From Mytilus californianus (taxonomy: Eukaryota), in the NCBI RefSeq assembly GCF_021869535.1, contig NW_026262679.1, positions 72,602,001-72,666,000 of the forward strand: a stretch of DNA of 64,000 bases. The letters are read 5' to 3'. Below the pieces are notes generated by a model. That model was given only the letters and a program-made list of their open reading frames with translations. It ran no database searches and was not told where the DNA came from. Below, one piece after another: positions 1 through 13,930 of the stretch (its first letter is position 1; every line of letters begins with the position of its first letter). The position numbers and the translations under genes were made by a program.

Positions 1-226
1 TCAAAACATGGACACTCAGTCTTTCAAAAATTCATTAAATTAATCTAGAAATAATTAATGTGGCATTGAGTAATAGTCAACTAGTAGGAGACATTAATTA
101 ATGTTCCCTACAACTGATCATCAAGTGTAACTCTACCACGAGACGCATTGAGAGATTAAATGATGTAATATAAAACCATTTTTAAAGATTCTCAACAAAA
201 AAGATTAAACTGCATTTGTTTAATTA

Positions 227-510
227 ATTCTAAGAAACAATGAATTTGAGTTTAATGGAAAGTTATACAAACAAGATATAGGAGCGCCCCCTCCATAGGT
301 GGTATATTTTCACCATCATACACATATCTGCATCTGTCTGTCCTATTAATAAATATCTTAGATAAGTTCAAATAGAAAGAAAACATCAAATTACACTGTC
401 AATATAGAGATGACGGTTTTATGGTCTTCACATGCAAAATAGAGCAAGTAGAAGATTTCTTTAACATAGCGAACAAAATTTCCCCTATACTTAAGTTCAC
501 ATATGACGTA
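227..510 (+). mobile_element. Degenerate Penelope-like retroelement reverse transcriptase fragment
   Basis: Manual translation with frameshifts gives ILRNNEFEFNGKLYKQDIGAP...KLHCQYRDDGFMVFTCKIEQVEDFFNIANKISPILKFTYD: the F-x-F-NG-K-x-Y-x-Q-x-x-G motif and YxDD motif typical of PLE RTs. Confidence 0.7.
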
Positions 511-3500
511 GTAGTTGGGAGACTTTTGAAAAGGGACCCATGCTTAAAAAGTTAACTTTAAGCAAAAAATTCCAAAACACTGTTAAATTTCTGAATCATA
601 GGCAACAAACATAAGTTAGCAAAAAACAGTGTAAAGTTTTGAGATTTATCAAGTATGTTGATTTAAGGAACCGCATTTCATAATAATCGAATTATCCTGC
701 GACTGATATGATAATATAATATTTGGTAAACTATGCTAACCAATGAGAGAACTTGTCAATAAACATGGCGTCGAATGTTGAGTCTTAGCAAAGCGAGCTA
801 AATGACATCAAATTGACCAGTGTTTTACAAGATATAAATCAATGGCAATATTTTTATACAAAAAAAATAAACGAAAAACAGACACGATAATAAGCAAACA
901 AAAAAACAGGCTCCGGATTTGGACAGGTATATTAAGTATACATGTATAAGCAGCAAATTGAATGTATTAGCTGGATCCAAACCCATTTCTAAGGTGGAAC
1001 GGGATTTTACGGCACAAAATAAAATGGTAAGCAAGTAGATTTTGTCTTATTTGGAAGGAATAAAACTTTCACATTTTATGAAACAAAATATCGTACTTGC
1101 TCTGAAATATGTATTTTAAAAAGAAAAATATATAAAATTACTGAGGGATTCTAGTTGAAATATTACTTCTACCAATAAACACCCTAGAAGTGTCATCCAT
1201 TGGTAGTAGTTTGACCTTTCACACTGGTAAAAATGAAAGCTAACACCATCCAGAAATGAACTATTAAAACATTCCTTATCTCCCTACTTTATATTTAACA
1301 CCACTCTCAACATGCCATAATTGTCCTGATTTACAATAAAAAGAAAATATTATCCTCCACACACATGGTTATGAAAATACTGAGATATAATTTACAGTTC
1401 AGTTGAAATAATAATTAGCATAAAAAAAGTTCTAAGGTTCACGTATTGACTTTTGTTTAAAAAAAAAGCAACTTGTTTAATGCTTAAAAAGAGAACATAG
1501 TCATTTCGTTACTTCGTCAATAATTTGATGTTTTATACATTATCTATTGACAAAGATATCATTTATTAAAACAGTTCTTGTTTTGAACACCATCGCATTT
1601 CTACGGTAGGAGTGAACATTTCTTTTAGGTACCGGGTCGAAATGTCATGGCAAAAGGTTGTTGCCGTTATATTTTTAACAACAAATGCTATTCAGTTACA
1701 TAACCTAAATTTTGAAATTCACCGACGGGTCTTATCAAGGGAAAGTGTTGATATCGTTTTTTTTCCATGGCAGGGAGGACAAAATACCATGGTCGTGAAA
1801 AATAAATCTTACTGAACATATGTTATACAATTAAGTTGTTATGTAGAACATTATCCCTAAATTAATATTTCAAATAATATGAATATTTCATATTCTTAAA
1901 CCTATGTACTAGGTTAACGGATGACATTCCATAGGTAATAGGGGCCTAACAATTGAGTGGTACCTAGCTGTAGCAGCAAACATGATTACTTTAGTAACAA
2001 AGTATATTAAAACCCTTTGAGAATAGTTTTTTTTTGGAAAATTTCCCAATCTTTGCAGCTTCGGTATTTTGATCTACGAACCATTAACAAATTATCCATC
2101 TGTTGTATTCTCTCAGAATTGCATATATATTATGATAAAGTATTCCAAATGTATTGTATAGTAGTACATGATGTATAATTTTGTATTGTATTGAGTTGTA
2201 TTATTGGGAAAGCTTTCGCAATATTTTGCTTTATCATAGTATTCCTCCTGTAATAAGGACAGTCCTCTGTATATGTCAGAATTTGAATATAACGATTTGG
2301 ATCAAAACGATTTATGTTATGGTTCTATTTAGTCAGAAGCTAATATGAGAAAAAAAACAACACTTGTTCTATGGTAAGGTATCCGATCCCCTACAATGGA
2401 AAACTCCATCTCAGATGCCAGAATTTCATAACGGTATCATAATAAAAGTATACATGTTCGATATGTGTTCGATTTTCATAGAGGGGAGAGTTGTTCAATG
2501 CGCCAAAACATACCAGATCACTTGTGATCCCCCAACCGCCTGGTAACTAAGTCGAAATGGAGCAGGGATATACTGCTAGACGTTATATCAGCATAACTAT
2601 TAATTTACTAGGAATTTCAAATAATCATACCATACAATATCTGATTGCTTTGAAGGCAACACAATTTGTCTAACAGGATTAACATCATATTTTTAATTGA
2701 TTAATACAAAGATAAAATAAAAAGTATTAATTCTTACCGTTCTATGTATGCCTACCTCAGATTTGATAGGATTTTGGTGTGCATACGTCCTTTCATCAAC
2801 TTCATAGACCCTATAACTAAAGATTCAGTTTCAGATACGAAAATGAAAGTTAGGGAGAAAATGACAGGGGCGTAGGAGTGGACTGAAAAGTGGGGGACTC
2901 GCATATGGAAGTGAAAAGCAAAAAAGGAGCTTTATGTGTAGGAGTAAGTCAGTGTCCCCTTTCATTTACAACATTCCATTAGCATAAGTTTAATTGACAA
3001 TACCGGGTCTTAGTCTACAAATCAAACTGAGCATGACTTATAATGTTGAGTTCGTTATCAAGTATTTTCCGTCGAGTTTTGATTAAAATATTTGGCAATT
3101 GCCTTCCTCCATGACCCAATGAAAACGCATGTTGTAACGGTTTAAAAGGGAAAGTAAGAACTATCTAAATGTACGAGATATGTAATAGAACCAGCTACAG
3201 TTTGTTATCAGAGCTAAAATTGTTTATTTAAACAATACCTACATAGCTTTGGTTGGTGCAGCATACTATTTTCTTGATTATGGTAAATGAAACCCTCGAT
3301 GATAAAAATATGGCTGAATATCAGTTATTAATAGACATTTACACAATAAGCGTTTGCACATTATTATTTACATGACGTAGTAATTGTATAAAAAAAATCA
3401 ATGGTGTTGGATGGATAAAAATAGCAAAAAGGCCACGAATATTTATAACATTATAGTGTGTAATAAGGTTTCGTGAGGGAATTCGATGTTTGCTATACCA

Positions 3501-3854
3501 CGGTGCATGTAAAAGCTCTTTATTTCAATATCACTAAACTAATCAGAATAAGAATTTTTACAGTATTTTCAAAATGATGTCGCTATGTATTTGTGTATTC
3601 ATTGTTCAAAACAATATAACGGTCATTAAGGAGAATTATTTGTATAAAGTCAATAATTTTTGTTGTTTTTTGCACCCCAACTTTCTATTGCCGTGAACAT
3701 GTTAAATGTGAAATTAGAAAATCATATGAATACAGACAGATCGGTTTTTGTGATTCTTGCAAACAGTTTGGATTATTATTTTTTGGTTTTTATTGCAGTA
3801 AATTATTTTTTTTAAATCTGTCATTTTCTCCCTGTCAAAAGAAAAGTCATTACA

Positions 3855-4025
3855 GATAACAGGTTTTTGTACGCAAGTCGCGCCTTTCGTTTACAAAAAC
3901 CTCTTTAGCGAAACTCGAATCAAAAAAGATAAAAAGCCAAAATAAAGTATGAATTTGAAGAGCATTGAGGGCAAAAGCTTCCAAAAGGGTTTGCCAAACA
4001 CAGGTACAGATCTATTTCCTTAATA
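3855..4025 (-). repeat. Decayed hammerhead-ribozyme (retrozyme-type) repeat copy
   Basis: Similar to 63835-64000 and 19910-20150; the minus strand reads CTAAAGA-ggt-ttttgta-aac-GAAA-ggcgc-gac, a mutated hammerhead core. Confidence 0.55.
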
Positions 4026-5034
4026 GACGAGTGACATTAACCATAAAATTCTATTTTTAATGCACCCACCTAACATACGGCTCACTCATATATTATTCGA
4101 AAGCACAACATCTGTACTTTCTTTTTTGCCCGGTCGTCAAAAATTCGTATGGTGCCGTTTCCGTTAAATCACAATGAAAGGTCAAGGACAGACAACTTCT
4201 AATTTAACAAGATGTCAGCATTTTTGCATATTCTGTCTTCTGAATGATAATATTTTTTATGGACATATGGAAATCTGTTAGAACAGATGTTAATAGTAAC
4301 TTATCAAAAGCACTTTGAAATATTAATGTCGGATTTTTAATAAATTGCGCCGTTTTCCAGAAATTTCATTGAAAATGACAAAACTGCATGAAAACCAAAA
4401 CTTGTGTATGTGATTCAACTGTAATTCACCATAAAACCATATAACATACTTTATTTAGTGCTAAGGATGTTTTTGACATAATTAGATTACTGCAATTACG
4501 CCTCTTGTTAATTATACAGCCACTTATAACAACCATGTAGTTGCCCAAAATACCGCCATCTACAAAAAGATGTTCTTTGTTAAATCAATTTGTATGTAGT
4601 CAATATTAGGTTGAAAAACACAAATCTTAAAAGTGCAAAATTGTTACAGGCAGAATACACAGGTCATTCATGCTTTTAGGGGAAAGTTTTGGAGCGAAAC
4701 TTTGATATTTCAATATTTTAATATTTATATGTTTTCTTGGTTGCTTATACTGCATCTTGCATTGACTGAGGATCTTAGTGAAAATTATTATAAGCTAGCG
4801 ACTGAAATGTTCTTTATGCCTGGTCAAGGTATTTAATCCTATCAAACTACGTAATTCTTGTAAATAAATTGAGACCTTCGCAATTATATTTACTTACATT
4901 AATTTTTTAGATGGAAATTCTAGCAATTCGCAATAACAATACATACACTTCCTGAATAGTTTACATATACATACGTTGTAATATAAAGATGATTGATGAA
5001 TTGTTGCTGTTTGACGCAATAATCGGTTCAGCAC

Positions 5035-5140
5035 TATTGGCTACTAAAGTATTTAGCGGCGATCAGTTTTTATTGGTTTAGGCCTACGGAGTGCCCAAGG
5101 AACCACCGACCTTCGACAGGAAACTGGCAATCCCCATCAA
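5035..5140 (-). mobile_element. Fragment of tRNA-derived SINE (same family as 57833-58100)
   Basis: Reverse complement (gccagtttcctgtcgaaggtcggtggttccttgggcactcc...ccaataaaaactgatcgcc) aligns with the body of the SINE at 57833. Confidence 0.6.
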
Positions 5141-5619
5141 CAGTACATAAGTTATAGCTATTAGTATCAAGGACGAAATTACTGTCAGTGTAGGTGTCAC
5201 AACAAAAATCTACCAATCAGCATTAATTACCTTTTGTAAAAGTAGGCAACCTCTTACAAAACAAAGCAGTTTTGATATTGATGTTTACTTCAGCTAAATG
5301 TTACAAGTAAAGTTGCTTAATAGAAACAGCTGAAAATGTAAATGCATTTGAACCACTTTTATTTCAAATTTAATTGGCCATGATTTGCATTAAAATTTCA
5401 ATATAATGCAAATTCACATAATATTATAAGACATTTAGAAAAAAGAGAAAAAAATAGTAGATCATCTGTTAAGCATTGGTTGGACATTGGCATATTAACC
5501 TAAAGATAGTACATGTGCATTAAGAATAAATAAAATACCTATACAATTGTGAGAAATGAAAATTGTGGTTGAATTTATCCAGTGGCAGTTGTTATCTAAT
5601 AGTTAGTTTCTATGTATGT

Positions 5620-5782
5620 TGCATTGTCGTTTGGATTTTTTTGTTGCACTTCAGTGTTTCTGTTGTTTCGTTGTTTTCCTCTTTAAGTTGATGTGTTTCC
5701 CTCAGTTTTAGTTTGTAACCCGGATTTGTTTTCTCTCAATCGATTTATGACTATTGAACAGCGGTATACTACTGTTGCCTTA
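5620..5782. repeat. Interspersed repeat (bivalve-type non-coding repeat)
   Basis: Recognised from memory as an abundant mussel repeat (ttgcacttcagtgtttctgttg...cagcggtatactactgttgcctt); single copy in this window. Confidence 0.4.
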
Positions 5783-6794
5783 CTTTATCATGTTTTAATT
5801 GGTTTTATGTCATCTAATCTTAAATTATGTTTATGGATATTTATTGTCCACTGAACCCTCTGTTGTTGATCTGACAGCGACTTTGGTGATTTTCTCACTT
5901 TATTTTCATATTTTTTCCGTTCGGGTTTTTAATGATGCGAAGATCTCACAACAATGATAAATGATATATAAGTTCATGAAATAAAAAACGTACAAAATGG
6001 TATGTATAAATGTAAAAACATGGGTTTAAACAATCTGACTAAAATTCATATCTATCATGACTCGCCTGCTCATTCATCGTATGAGAATAACGAAATCAGA
6101 GATCTACATTTTAATTAGATTGGGGTTAACTTTATGAGATAGCTTGAAAGCAGGTATGTTCTGGTCAATTTTAAGAGATTACTATTTTTAACTCTATTTG
6201 AATATGTCTATTATGAAACAAATCCCTTCACGTATAACCTCCATATGTGCACTTTGAACTTCCTTAATTCTACCAAGTAATGTCGGAAAACAGATGACAG
6301 CATGACCAAGGCGAAAAAGTAGGACAGACAAACAAAACTTCTTAAAACACTATACCGAAATGTGCGAACACTACGTTAACCAGTATGCTCAGGAAAGGTA
6401 TTCAATCTTAATTAATCTGAATTATTAATTTTCAGTCATATTTAATAAAACAACTAATAAAGTATATAATGACGGTCTAACATCAAAATGAATTCGCCGG
6501 ATTTGATATTGAAAAGCGCATGGTACAAACAGTTTTCATTCAAACATTGAACGAGAATAAACTTCGTAACATGTCTTTCCACATCGGAAAACTAATTTTT
6601 GCCAAGTATACCTTTTTTGTTCCTTAAAGTTCTTCCACAACCCTTTTTTTTAGATATGGTTGATCATTATCTGCCGATATTGGCAATATTATCTAGCCAC
6701 TAAAGCAAAATGATCCCCATTTGCAGATGGTGTTTTTTTAGGGCAACTGCAATAGCTTCATTAGAAGGTTGCATCTTGTCCTATATCATATTAG

Positions 6795-6955
6795 TTGCAG
6801 TTGGTGGGGTTCGTGTTGCTTAGTCTTTAGTTTTCTATGTTGTGTCATCTGTACTATTATTTGTCTGTTTGTCTTTTTATTTTTGTCCATGGCATTGTCA
6901 GTTTGTTTTCGATCTATGAGTTTGACTGTCCCTCTGGTATCTTTCGTCCCTCTTT
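6795..6955. repeat. Interspersed repeat, copy 1 (second copy 41100-41235)
   Basis: Shared tcagtctttagttttctat...ccatggc(a/g)ttgtcagtttgttttcga...ggtatcttt block between the two loci. Confidence 0.7.
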
Positions 6956-9900
6956 TAAAATGATGAAAAAATTCCCTCGGCTTATAAACGATAAATCTAT
7001 TCTATTTTTGACATACAAATATTCAAACTTAAGAAAATATTTAGATTTTATTGCAATTTTATCATTTTTGAAAGTTTTTTTTAAGAAATGCAATTTTCTG
7101 TAAATATAGAGCAATCAACAATTAAGTTTGCATTTGATTTTGGACCGATGGTAATTTGTTATATAAGGTTTAGATCATTTTTAGAAAAAACATTCCATAC
7201 AAGTACCAGAAAATGGCATTTTGTTTAATTCTGGCAAAATTTAGGAATGTTCAATTTTAACCTTTTCCCTTGATTTAACGCAAATTGCACCGTACGAATT
7301 ATTGACGACCGGGCAAAACAGAAAGTACAGGTAATAAGCTTTCGAATGATATATAATATAGCCGTATGTTAGGTGGGTGCATTAAAGTCGTTAACTAGGC
7401 GTCTTTTTGAAAAATGTCACTCGCCTATAAGTAGAAAATCCTTAGTATTTCGAACAATTCAAAGTTATGATTTTCCAGCTAACACTTATTATTTTTTTGA
7501 TAGACTGTTCATTGTTATTGGATTCTACGTTTATCGATTAGTAATTATTATTGTTCACCCTCACCTGTTAACCCGTTAAAACTTTTTTCTCTCCGTATTA
7601 AGTCAGAACATCAAATGTTATTATGAAACAATACTTATTTATAGAGGCAGGTATTGCAACTGTCAAGTATTATTTAAGAAATATTAAAATTACTTGTTTT
7701 TGCCGATTAACAATTGAAACTATGATTTGCTTTTTTTCCCTGGACTTAATGTACAAGTCAAGATAAAGTAATGCATATTGATTTACTCTATAACTATATG
7801 ATAAAACAACGTTCTTATATCAAATATGTCATGAATTAAATTTGTTGATAGTTTTGCCTTTAAAATATAATTATATCCTGTACATCATAAACTTCATCGG
7901 TCATCACACGGGACACTGGACGTGTTGATGTTATCTATTTAATCAATGAAACAAAAGGATATGACTGGTACAATTTGCCAGTTCTTAATATTTTACAAAA
8001 TTTTCGTAAGACAGGAATTTTTCAATGTTAACATAGCGCATTAATCAGAAATTTGAGAAACTTAACATGCATTTCCATCCTTTCAAAAAAAAAATTTTTT
8101 TTAGTTGAACATTGAGGTATGTTTTATGCACGTCTACGCTTTTGTGTCTTAACAGAAAACAGCATTTTTCAGTGTTACTACCAGTATGCTGCTAGAATTC
8201 CAATTTAACGAACACAAAAGCAGTGGGTAAATATTAAATATAAAACTTTGCAACAGCTTTTATCCTGAGGGAACGACAAAAACGAAGAATGGCATCTAGC
8301 CCATACCTTCGAGAAGTTAAGATTTACCCATGTTTCTCTGCCTACACTTAGTATGTATAGCATTACACTTGCGGATGTCTTCAGCAATAAATAAACAGCA
8401 AGGATGTACATTATTATGAATCTGAATATTTGTTAAACGTAAAATTCGATAACGCAAAAAAGTACAAATTATGTAATTTCACCAATTTTATTTTACCAGG
8501 TACACATTTCGATAATTAATGTTTCTTCTGTGATTTTAGCTCAAGGCCAAACTATTTGATAGTCCAAAACCTAATACAAACGTTGAAGACCAGACACAAC
8601 CATAAAGGACAAAAAGTAGAGCCAAACCTAAAAGAGACTGGTACTTGTTTTGTATTCATATGATGCCATAATTCGTCAATTTCACAAAAACAGCAGAACT
8701 AATAAGATAGGTTTTGAATGGTTGAATTTACAAGTAATGTATGTTGCTAACTGAAGTTGTAAAGAAAAGAGCGACACGTCTTAAGATAAAGTTAATTTTG
8801 TCAAAAGTTCGCACCAAAGTATAAATTGTTATTTTCACTTTTTACCCTTCCAGTTTCACATATTATAAAAAAAGTTACTTATAATGATCCTGATAATAGA
8901 GTTGAAATCTTTTTAATTCTAAATAACTTATCAAAAGATAAGAACTAACAAGTGTTTTACAGCCCGTCAAAGACACCAATCCTCCCTCCCGCGGTTCAAA
9001 TGAAAAATCAAACGTTTGAACAGTATAGCTTTTAATAGAAAAATGATATGAAAATAATTGCTTATTAACCATTATTGAAAATTTTAGTTGCTTCTTGTAA
9101 CGCTACTGTTTGCATAGGTGAAACACGTTAAGATCAAGAGATATGTTTTTCTTGTTTTCTCAAAACACAGATAGTGGTTAGCAACAAAAGTAAGGTGGTT
9201 TTCCGAACAAAATCATGATGTTGAAAAATCTATGAGGTTATTGTCGTTACTGGTGCTTAGACTGGAGTTACTTCGTGTATTCTATCAACATCAGCATTAG
9301 TGGCAGAACGAAGTCAAACGTTTACAAGTAATAACTCAAGCAGTAAAGAATTAAAAAAAATAACTGACTTTTCATCATCTATAATTGACATCCTTCATTA
9401 CTTTAGCTAAAAGAAACATTGCATTCAGAGTTAACTGGAAAAAGAAAATCTCAGAAGAAGACGATAATTTTACCTTTTTTGTAAAGTGTACATCATCGTT
9501 TGACGAAATATTAAAATGACATATTTAGAAAGAAAAAAACGTACGAAAAATATCTTTACCCTTGAGCTTAGAATGAGTTTATACTTTGTTTGTTGTGAGC
9601 AAGAAATCAGAGAAAACATTTTAAAATAATGCAACCGATATCTGTTTTCAGTCTTTTGGCGGCATGATGAGTGTACCGATTGTTCTTACCAAGCTCAACC
9701 GCAACAGTGTTCGATATATTAACAAAGATAATGTATGATAAAATTTATCAAGTTACACAAGATTTCTGTGAATTCGCTAAACTTGTCTGCACAGATACAG
9801 AAACAATTTCGCACAGTTTGTTGGCAAATCTTCGTAATTTGTGGTTCTTTCTGAACAAGTTAAGAGGGTAAGGTTACAATTTTGTTCAACAATGTCAGAG

Positions 9901-10127
9901 GAAGTTTCAGTAGCTGAAACTCATATTACAGAAGAATTGTCCAATACAAAATAATTTTTGCATTGTAGATTGCATATTTTTTATTAAGTGATTTTCAAAA
10001 CTGTCCCGATTATTCGAAATTGCATGACCGTTCTTTGGACAACTACCCGGTTTATCAATAGTTCCAGTAAAAGAATGAAATTTAATGAAATCAAAGTTGA
10101 ACCTGCAAGTTGAAAATCAATAAGTAG

Positions 10128-10432
10128 AAATAAGATGATGTGGTTTGAGTGCCAATTAGACAACTCTCCATCCAAGTCACAATGTGTAAAATGTAAACAA
10201 TTATAGGTCAAAGTACGACCTTCAACACGGAGCCTTGGCTCACACCGAACAACAAGCTATAAAGGACCCCAAAATGACTAGTGTAAAACAATTCAAACAG
10301 GAAAACCAACGGTCTAATCTATATAAAAAAAACGAGAGACGAAAAACACTTATGAACCACATCAACAAACGACAACCACTGAACAACAGGTTCCTGACTT
10401 AGGACAGGTACAAACAAATGCAGGGGGTTTAA
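10128..10432 (-). mobile_element. 5'-truncated copy of the PLE 3' trailer (family A)
   Basis: High similarity to 45246-45540 and 43068-43225; at 45246 the same sequence is contiguous with the PLE RT fragment. Confidence 0.7.
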
Positions 10433-12204
10433 ACTTTGAACTTGATATGCATCAGGACAAAATAATAGAACAGAGAATAGAAACGATGAAAGTGTCAAAG
10501 AGACAACAACCTGACCAAAAATTAGCTCAAGGCCACCAATGGTTTTTCAACGCAGCTAGAAAATCCCGTATCCTGAGGTGGGCATCCTCTGACCCCTAAA
10601 CAATAATGTATACAGTTCAGCGAAATGGACGCCACATTAAACGCCGAAACATACAAATGAACCAAAATGAAAAAAAAATTCAAATAATCCAAAATGAAAT
10701 AAAAAACATACAAGACTAACAAAGCCTGCCGACACGATGTGAAACGAGAACAGATGGACCTCTTAATTTCGGAATTAAACAGGTCTTGATATATCGCAAG
10801 AAATTGAGAGAAAAAACCAAGCGGACATTCTGATGTCAGCTATAAAAAAATCAACGCTTCAGAGTTTTGAAATTTTGGTTTTTGCTGTGGTTACTCAATT
10901 TAAACTCGAATACATACGGCCTTTGGCGATTGCACTCCAAGCTGGTGCATGTTACTTGGTGGAAGTTCATATTCATGCTAGACTTTTTGTGGATACAATA
11001 AATGATATACGTAGAAACGGGTGCAAGTCAAATCGGCACCTAAAGAAAGAGTCCAATCGGCATCTAATCAAATTGGCATCCATTTAAAATCATTTCAACA
11101 TTTGGTTAGTCGATTCGGGACCTAATATTTTATTTACTTTTATTTTTTTTTAATTACTTTTTATTGTGTGTGTATTTTGAAGGGAATCAAGTTTATTCAG
11201 TTCACCGTTGGCTTCGGTGATTGACTGGCAACGTAGTTCATCTACTGTATCACTATCCTAGCAACACTGAGGTTGAAGCTCAGACCCTGCACGTGACATT
11301 TAAAAAAAATTCTACTCCATGTTCTAACACATGTTATAGTAATCTCAGATTTCAATTATTTGCATTTGCATTATTTTTCATTACGAGAAAACTTTAAAAA
11401 TTTGCACGAAATTACAATTGATGAATTATATTTCTCTTATTTTTATCCGATTTATCCTTTTCCTGACCAGTTGATTATTTTTATTTAATCAACGTGTGGT
11501 TCGTTTGATATCAGTTCTTCATTGGTCAAAATTCGATTATGACGTGAAATTTTCTTGCTCGTCTGAAATTCCCATTGTGGCATTATGAAAAAAGCGACCA
11601 TGACCTTTAACGTCACATAGCAAGAACTCATCTTTTTGCAGATCATTCGAAAGAAAAATGAAATTTGTCTGCATATCGTTTAAAAATCATAAGAGAAACA
11701 GATTCCACCACAATATCTCGTGCAATACGATATTTATGAATTCTCGACAGTTGAATTTTAAATATTTGAAAAATTAACAATCTCGAGTGGATGGATATCG
11801 AATCACACTTGATGCACTGGTAGAATCTATGTATATACATGTAAAATATAAGGTTTAAAGGAGATGTGTTATGAGATGTATGTCATGTAAACACATAAGG
11901 TAAAGGATTATACAACTATTGTAGGTCATCGTAATGTATTCAATAATGAGGGGAAAACATGTTACTTATGTTTGGAATGGAAGGAGTACAAAGATTTTGT
12001 ATTTTGAATATAAATATATACTGTACTAATTTGACTTATCCAGTGTAATAAAAGATAATTTTATTCGAGGAAGACCACTTATCCAAATAGGATAATTCAT
12101 ATTGATAGAACTAGATTCATCCTCAAATATCCCAGTGAGAACCCAGGTAAAATGTCAAAGTAAAATAAATAACTTTCAAAAATGCAGTTATAACAAATTA
12201 AAGT

Positions 12205-12366
12205 AAAAAGTAAAAAAACAAAAAATACCGAACTCCAAGGAAAATTCAAAACGGAAAGTCCCTTATCAAATGGCAAAAGCAAAAGCTCAAACACATCAAA
12301 CGAATCGAAAACAACTCTTATATTCCTGTGACGGTACAGGCATTCTCTTATGTAGAAAATGGTTGA
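12205..12366. repeat. Interspersed repeat; inverted copy at 60232-60410
   Basis: ggaaaattcaaaacggaaagtccct..atcaaatggcaaaa..caaaagctcaaacaca...tacaggcatt..cttatgtagaaaatggt matches the reverse complement of 60232-60410. Confidence 0.75.
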
Positions 12367-12515
12367 TTACTTTAAATAGTAAGTAAGTTGCCTTTGAAAT
12401 GTCATAGAAAATTGTACAACGGTTAATCTCCCCCTAACCCTTTTTGTAGTGAAAGTTGACACCAATGCTAACTGTGTAGAACAAAGACAAGTGAACATGA
12501 AACATTTATGTAAAA

Positions 12516-12885
12516 GAACCTGTGGTGGATCCCAAACCTTTTGTAGATCACAAACCTGTGGTAGAACCCAAACTTGTGGTAGAACCCAGAATGGTGAACG
12601 TTTAAACATATATGTATAACTATAACAACCTGTGGTAGATCCAAGACTGGTGGTTTAAATGAGATTTGCTGCGGTAGATCATAAAAACCTGACAGATAAG
12701 CATTAAAAAAAATATATATATATTATAAAAACCTGTGGTAGATCAAAGACTGGTGGTTTAAATGGGAATTGCTTCGGTAGATCCTAAAAACCTGACAGAT
12801 GAGCATTAATATATATATATATATTATATAAACCTGTGGTAGATCCCAGACATGTGGTTTAAATGAGAATAACTGCGGTAGATGC
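12516..12885. repeat. Compound tandem repeat: ~18-bp acctgtggtagatccca units followed by ~104-bp higher-order units
   Basis: Four short units at about 12516-12590, then about 2.5 copies of a longer unit that begins with the same motif and ends in a (TA)n tract. Confidence 0.75.
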
Positions 12886-13419
12886 CAGGAGGTACAAAAA
12901 ACTAATTTAAACTAGCACCCTTAATTCAAACAAAGCCTTGATAATTCATAAGAGTATTAATGAATTGGGGTACAATAGTTTCCCTATGATTCAGTTAGAA
13001 ATACAAACAAATATATTCTATGAGTAACCGTTTAAATAAATTCAAATAATAATTAAAATTGTAGGTGCAGCTGGGGATGTAGATGAGTTAAATTAATTTC
13101 CACAAATAAAAATGTACTGCTTACAACAATATTCAACAAACAACTAGCCCCCTGAGGTTGGGTAAAATCCGTGTTCCCTGCTCCATTAACACGAATAACA
13201 CATTAATGTTCTCATACATTATAGAACTAGTTCTACTTTTATTAAAGTACTCAAACATTTAATAAACACTAAGCAAATTTTAAATTCAAAAACAATAGTT
13301 GAAAATGTTTGTACATCATACATGACATAACAATCATTGCATCATTTGGACATGAAAGCGTTCCACTTATTTTCAGTTGAGTCCTTGAGAAAGCATGGCA
13401 TCAATTGAATTAATATTAA

Positions 13420-13930
13420 TGACAAATTATTATTCATATTACATTTAATTTGTTTTTTTCATATATGTTTTACTGTAATTTTGAATGCGTGTAGTCATAT
13501 ATTGATTTTACATCATTTGGAAGCGCATCCAAATCTTTAATAGCATTAAAGGAAAAAGATGTAGAGTCCACTCTTTTAACTTTGGGAACAACACAATTTA
13601 ATTGGCTTTAATCTAGCGAACAATCCAGGTGTTTGTCGAATTTTCTTAAATTGCCTTTTAAATATGCGAGACACTTGTTGTAGATCTTAAATGGGTGCCA
13701 TTATCTTAACTGCTTCACTTAATTTTCAATATTTAAAGAGCCAACACTTGATAGTTCTGGTTGGCGAACATTAGACCTTTGACTATTTTTTTCAAAATAG
13801 ATCTTATAGTTTTATTCTGTTATAAGTTTGGTTTTTGAGCCTGTGATACTCCGGCATACCAGGAACAGGAATAGTCCAGGTGACATTAGATTAGAGTTGT
13901 TGTAAAGAGTTTCCGTGTTTCAGACATTTC
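13420..13930 (-). mobile_element. Degenerate LINE (CR1/L2-like) RT C-terminal fragment
   Basis: Minus-strand translation with stops and frameshifts: RKLFTTTLI*CHLDYSCSWYAG...QNKTIRSIL...VVPKVKRVDSTSFSFNAIKDLDALPNDVK. This matches the LDYC..W / Q..A.R.I / F...A..WN.LP 3' signature of CR1/L2 ORF2. Confidence 0.7.

Noticed and set aside
2735-8430. Isolated minus-strand exon-like pieces (~2740-2815 and ~8332-8425)
   Set aside because: Plausible splice sites and short open frames, but no recognisable homology and no chain linking them.
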